This document shows positions 60,395-64,000 of a stretch of DNA of 64,000 nucleotides, one piece after another (positions within the stretch are counted from its first letter, which is position 1; every line of letters starts with the position of its first letter). The notes below the pieces were generated by a model. It did no database searches, had not been told where the DNA came from, and worked only from the letters and a program-made list of their open reading frames with translations. The position numbers were made by a program, and so were the translations under genes. Origin of the DNA: Candidatus Eiseniibacteriota bacterium (GTDB lineage Bacteria > Eisenbacteria > RBG-16-71-46 > SZUA-252); assembly GCA_963703225.1 (NCBI GenBank), contig OY969801.1:1280001-1344000 (forward strand), in the 5' to 3' direction.

Positions 60395-62422
60395 GTGGCG
60401 GGTGAAAACGGGAAGCGGAAGAAGCTCGGCGAGTACCTGCTCGACGCGGGGCTGGTCACGGAGCAGCAGCTCAAGGAGGCGCTCCGGCGTCAGCGCCAGA
60501 CGCACGAGCCTCTCGGCCACATCCTGGCACGGACCGGGATGGTCACCGAGGCGGACATCTGCCAGGTGCTCCACGATCAGCTGGGCCTTCCGATCGTCGA
60601 TCTCTCGGCCGTCGCGATCGAAGAGAGTGTGATCCATCTCATCAAGGAAGAGCTCGCCAAGAAGTACACCGCCATCCCGATCGAAGTCGAAAGCCGGAAC
60701 ACGCTCCGCGTCGCGATGGCCGATCCGCTGAACGCCGCGGCCCTCGAAGATCTCCGGTTCCAGAGCGGCCATTTCGTCCGGGCGGTCCTGGCGCCGCCCA
60801 GCGAGATCGTGGAAGCGATCTCGAGGTACTACCACATCGACGCGTCGGTGGTGGAGATCCTCGAGAACATCATCAAGAACGATCCCGTCGCCGACGTGCG
60901 GGAGATCGTCGACAAAGACCCAGACGAGTCGGTCGACGAGCTGGTCAAGAGCAGCTCGGGGCCGCCGATCGTCCGCCTCGCGAACTGGCTCATCACCCGC
61001 GCGGTGGAGATGAGGTCGAGCGACATTCACATCGAGCCCCAGGAGAAGGGGGTGGGTGTGCGGATCCGCGTCGACGGGCTCCTGCAAGACATGGAGCGCC
61101 TTCCGAAGTGGACCCAGGGCGCCCTGATCTCGCGAATCAAGATCCTGTCGACGCTCGATATCGCCGAGAAGCGGCTTCCACAAGATGGACGTTTCCGGGT
61201 GGAGATCGAGGGCCGACGGATCGATTTCCGCGTTTCCACGCTCCCCACCGATCACGGCGAGAAGATCGTGATCCGCATCGTGGACCAGGAGCGCACCGCG
61301 CTCCGGCTGGATACGCTGGGCTTGAGCGAGCCCGACCTCGCCAAGATTCGCCAATACGGACTTCGTCCCCAGGGCATCCTGATCGTCACCGGGCCCACCG
61401 GGAGCGGCAAGACGACCATGCTCTACTCGCTGCTCCAGCACGTCCACTCGGTGACCAAGAACATCGTGACCGTGGAGGACCCGATCGAATATCAGATCTC
61501 CGGAATCAACCAGGTCCAGGTGGACGAGAAGAGCAAGAAGACGTTCGCGGCGATTCTGCGCGCCATGCTCCGGCAGGATCCGGACGTCATGATGATCGGA
61601 GAAATCCGCGATTTCGAGACGGCCCAGATCGCGTTTCGCGCGTCGATCACCGGCCACCTCGTTCTCTCGACGGTCCACACGAACGACGCGCCATCCGCCG
61701 TGACCCGCCTCGTCGACCTGGGCCTCCAGCCCTACATGGTCGCCTCGAGCTTGACCGGCGTGGTCTCGATGCGCCTGGTTCGGACGCTCTGTCCCAAGTG
61801 CAAGGATCCCTATCATCCCTCCGGAGACGAGCTCCGACTTCTCGGACTCGCCGGCCGCGAAGCCGGGAAGGTGACCCTCCACCGGCCGGTGGGATGCGAG
61901 TACTGCAACGAGACCGGATTCCGCGGGCGGATCGGCGTCTTCGAGATCCTCGACGTGACCGATCCCATCCGCCGGCTCATCGCGAGCAGCGCGCCGGAGT
62001 CGATGGTCCGCTCCGCGGCGCTCGAATCGGGGATGGTGCCGATCGGTCAGGACGGAATGGGAAAGGTGCTCGCCGGGGAGACCAGCCTGGAGGAGCTGCA
62101 GAGGGTGGTCTACTGCGAGGAGGAGCTGGCCCGGCTTTGCCCCTCCTGCCACGAAACGGTCTCCTCCGAGTTTCTCTACTGCCCGCATTGCGGGAATGCC
62201 GCGACCCATGTCTGTCCGCAGTGTCAGCGGCGCGTCGATCCGGGCTGGTCGTTCTGCCCCGGCTGCGGCGAGCGTCGCCGCGAATTGACGGCGGTCGGCG
62301 CGGCCCTTTCCGAGCCGATCATCGGGTTGCCCGAGACGGTAGCGCCTCCTTTGGCTTCACACCGCCCCGCTCCCGCGCCTCGCGTGGTCGGCGACACGCG
62401 CGGCGGGCGTCGCGGCGCTTGA
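60395..62422 (+). CDS. PilB/GspE-family assembly ATPase with N-terminal MshEN-like domain and C-terminal double zinc ribbon
   Basis: KLGEYLLDAGLVTEQQLKEAL..Q and PLGHILARTGMV; SDIHIEP, GPTGSGKTT, LRQDPD and TGHLVLSTVHTN; four terminal CxxC pairs. Confidence 0.93.
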   Translation: MAGENGKRKKLGEYLLDAGLVTEQQLKEALRRQRQTHEPLGHILARTGMVTEADICQVLHDQLGLPIVDLSAVAIEESVIHLIKEELAKKYTAIPIEVESRNTLRVAMADPLNAAALEDLRFQSGHFVRAVLAPPSEIVEAISRYYHIDASVVEILENIIKNDPVADVREIVDKDPDESVDELVKSSSGPPIVRLANWLITRAVEMRSSDIHIEPQEKGVGVRIRVDGLLQDMERLPKWTQGALISRIKILSTLDIAEKRLPQDGRFRVEIEGRRIDFRVSTLPTDHGEKIVIRIVDQERTALRLDTLGLSEPDLAKIRQYGLRPQGILIVTGPTGSGKTTMLYSLLQHVHSVTKNIVTVEDPIEYQISGINQVQVDEKSKKTFAAILRAMLRQDPDVMMIGEIRDFETAQIAFRASITGHLVLSTVHTNDAPSAVTRLVDLGLQPYMVASSLTGVVSMRLVRTLCPKCKDPYHPSGDELRLLGLAGREAGKVTLHRPVGCEYCNETGFRGRIGVFEILDVTDPIRRLIASSAPESMVRSAALESGMVPIGQDGMGKVLAGETSLEELQRVVYCEEELARLCPSCHETVSSEFLYCPHCGNAATHVCPQCQRRVDPGWSFCPGCGERRRELTAVGAALSEPIIGLPETVAPPLASHRPAPAPRVVGDTRGGRRGA

Positions 62423-62447
62423 CCCACCCAAGCCCGCTCCCTAGAAT
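62419..62447 (+). promoter_or_regulatory. Putative sigma70 promoter for lysS
   Basis: TTGACC-17 nt-TAGAAT. Confidence 0.6.
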
Positions 62448-62521
62448 CGCCCAACCCACGGCCTGAACCGGCATTCCGCCGGGCGATGCCGCGCCGTCCC
62501 ACCTCTCACCTTCGGGGAATC

Positions 62522-64000
62522 GTGTCCGTACAGGAATCCCGCCGCGAGAAGCTCGAGGCGTTGAGCCGGCGCGGCATCCAGCCGTTCGCCTACCGATTCG
62601 ACGTCACCCACCGCTCGGGACGCGTCCTGGCCTCGGCCGGGCCGCTGGAGGCTTCCGGCGAGCTGGTTCGCGTGGCGGGAAGGCTCATGACCAAGCGAGG
62701 GCACGGAAAGGCCGCGTTCGCCCACATCAAGGACGCCGATGGGCTTCTCCAAGTCTATCTTCGGGAGGACGTGCTGGGCGAGGCGCCGTACGCCGACGCC
62801 ATGTCGCTCGATCTGGGTGATTGGATCGGGGTCGAAGGGCCGGTGTTCAAGACCAAGACCGCCGAGACGACGGTCCGCGCGAACCGGGTCGAGCTCCTCG
62901 CCAAATCGCTGTTCCCGCTTCCCGAGAAATGGCACGGCCTCACCCACGTCGAGACGCGCTACCGCCAGCGCTACGCCGACCTGGCGGTGAACGACGAGGT
63001 CCGCGAGGTCTTTCGGGTGCGCGCCGCGACGCTACGGGCCCTGCGGGAGTTCCTCGACGCGCGCGGTTTCCTGGAGGTGGAGACCCCGGTCCTCCAGCCG
63101 CTCTACGGCGGCGCCGCCGCGCGGCCGTTCGTCACCCACCACAACGCCCTCGACATGAAGCTCTACCTTCGAATCGCGGTGGAGCTCTACCTGAAGCGGC
63201 TCATCGTCGGCGGCCTCGACCGCGTCTACGAGATCGCGAAGACGTTCCGCAACGAGGGGATCGATCGGTTCCACAACCCGGAATTCACGATGCTCGAGTT
63301 TTACCAGGCCTACGCGGATTACGAGGACATGATGGAGGTGACGCAGGACCTCATTCTCCACGTGGTTCGCAGTGCGCGCGGCGGGCTCAAGATCCCGTTC
63401 GACGGGCGCGAAATCGATTTCTCGCCGCCATGGCCCAGGCTCAAGTTCGCGGAGGCCGCGGCGCGGGGCCTGGGGGTGACGCGGCTCCCCTCCGGCGAAT
63501 CGGAGCTCCGGAAGCTGGCGATCGGCGCGGGTGTTCCCGTCGATCCCGCGTTTTCCTATGGGAGGATTCTCGACGAAGTGGTCTCGGCCAAGGTGCAGCC
63601 CAGCCTCGTGGCCCCCACCTTCCTGATCGATCACCCCCGCGACATCTCGCCGCTCGCCAAGACCAAGAGAGGCGACCCCAACGCGGTGGAGCGGTTCGAG
63701 GTGGTCGTCGCGGGGACCGAGCTGGCCAACGCTTTTTCCGAGCAGAACGATCCGGACGAGCAGCGCCGCGCGTTCGAAGCCCAGCTGGAGCAGCGGCGCC
63801 GCGGCGACGATGAAGCCCAGATGCTCGATGCCGACTACCTGCACGCGCTCGAGCTGGGGCTGCCGCCAACCGGCGGCGTCGGCATCGGCGTGGATCGACT
63901 GGTAATGCTCTTGACCGACTCCCGATCGATTCGGGACGTGATCCTCTTCCCCCACATGCGGCCCGAGGAGGGCGGGGAGCCCCACGCCAATCCCCCGCCG
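62522..64000 (+). CDS. lysS: Lysine--tRNA ligase (class II), runs off the window end
   Basis: Manually translated open frame from GTG 62522: RYRQRYADL, FLEVETP, YLRIAVELYLKRL, FRNEG, HNPEFT, GIGVDRLVM and RDVILFP. Confidence 0.96.
   Translation, partial: MSVQESRREKLEALSRRGIQPFAYRFDVTHRSGRVLASAGPLEASGELVRVAGRLMTKRGHGKAAFAHIKDADGLLQVYLREDVLGEAPYADAMSLDLGDWIGVEGPVFKTKTAETTVRANRVELLAKSLFPLPEKWHGLTHVETRYRQRYADLAVNDEVREVFRVRAATLRALREFLDARGFLEVETPVLQPLYGGAAARPFVTHHNALDMKLYLRIAVELYLKRLIVGGLDRVYEIAKTFRNEGIDRFHNPEFTMLEFYQAYADYEDMMEVTQDLILHVVRSARGGLKIPFDGREIDFSPPWPRLKFAEAAARGLGVTRLPSGESELRKLAIGAGVPVDPAFSYGRILDEVVSAKVQPSLVAPTFLIDHPRDISPLAKTKRGDPNAVERFEVVVAGTELANAFSEQNDPDEQRRAFEAQLEQRRRGDDEAQMLDADYLHALELGLPPTGGVGIGVDRLVMLLTDSRSIRDVILFPHMRPEEGGEPHANPPP

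Overview
High-GC bacterial chromosomal DNA, densely coding and mostly housekeeping, from a diderm organism (Omp85-type barrels, LolA-like protein, lnt). Gene content loosely suggests an FCB-related candidate lineage, but this cannot be confirmed here. In order, the window holds an ABC exporter, suhB, FkbM, YciI, an aroC operon, rnhA followed by RNase P RNA, an MBL hydrolase and an incomplete complex I operon (nuoA-C-E-H-J-K-L-M-N, with no nuoB/D/F/G/I). Next come three tandem M42 peptidases plus an aminotransferase, GT4-cutA-amidohydrolase, and two paralogous peptidase/beta-propeller/Omp85-barrel genes flanking a PEGA protein, a lipoprotein, a hypothetical and AlaX. The rest is PAP2, pgeF, a LolB/LolA-like pair, a histidine kinase, cca, a polyprenyl synthase, rsfS, argS, PfkB, HD-GYP, purM, a frameshifted sigma54 activator, Gfo/Idh/MocA, lnt, EcfT-like, truA, HtrA, purB-L-Q-(tandem PurS-like)-F, an MshEN-PilB/GspE ATPase and lysS (runs off the window). 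Three sigma54-type promoters precede the hypothetical, HD-GYP and MshEN-ATPase genes. About ten genes carry single-base frameshifts, most simply explained as consensus errors. No CRISPR array, IS element, prophage, tRNA or rRNA was recognised. All assignments come from motif recognition by eye, not from database searches.
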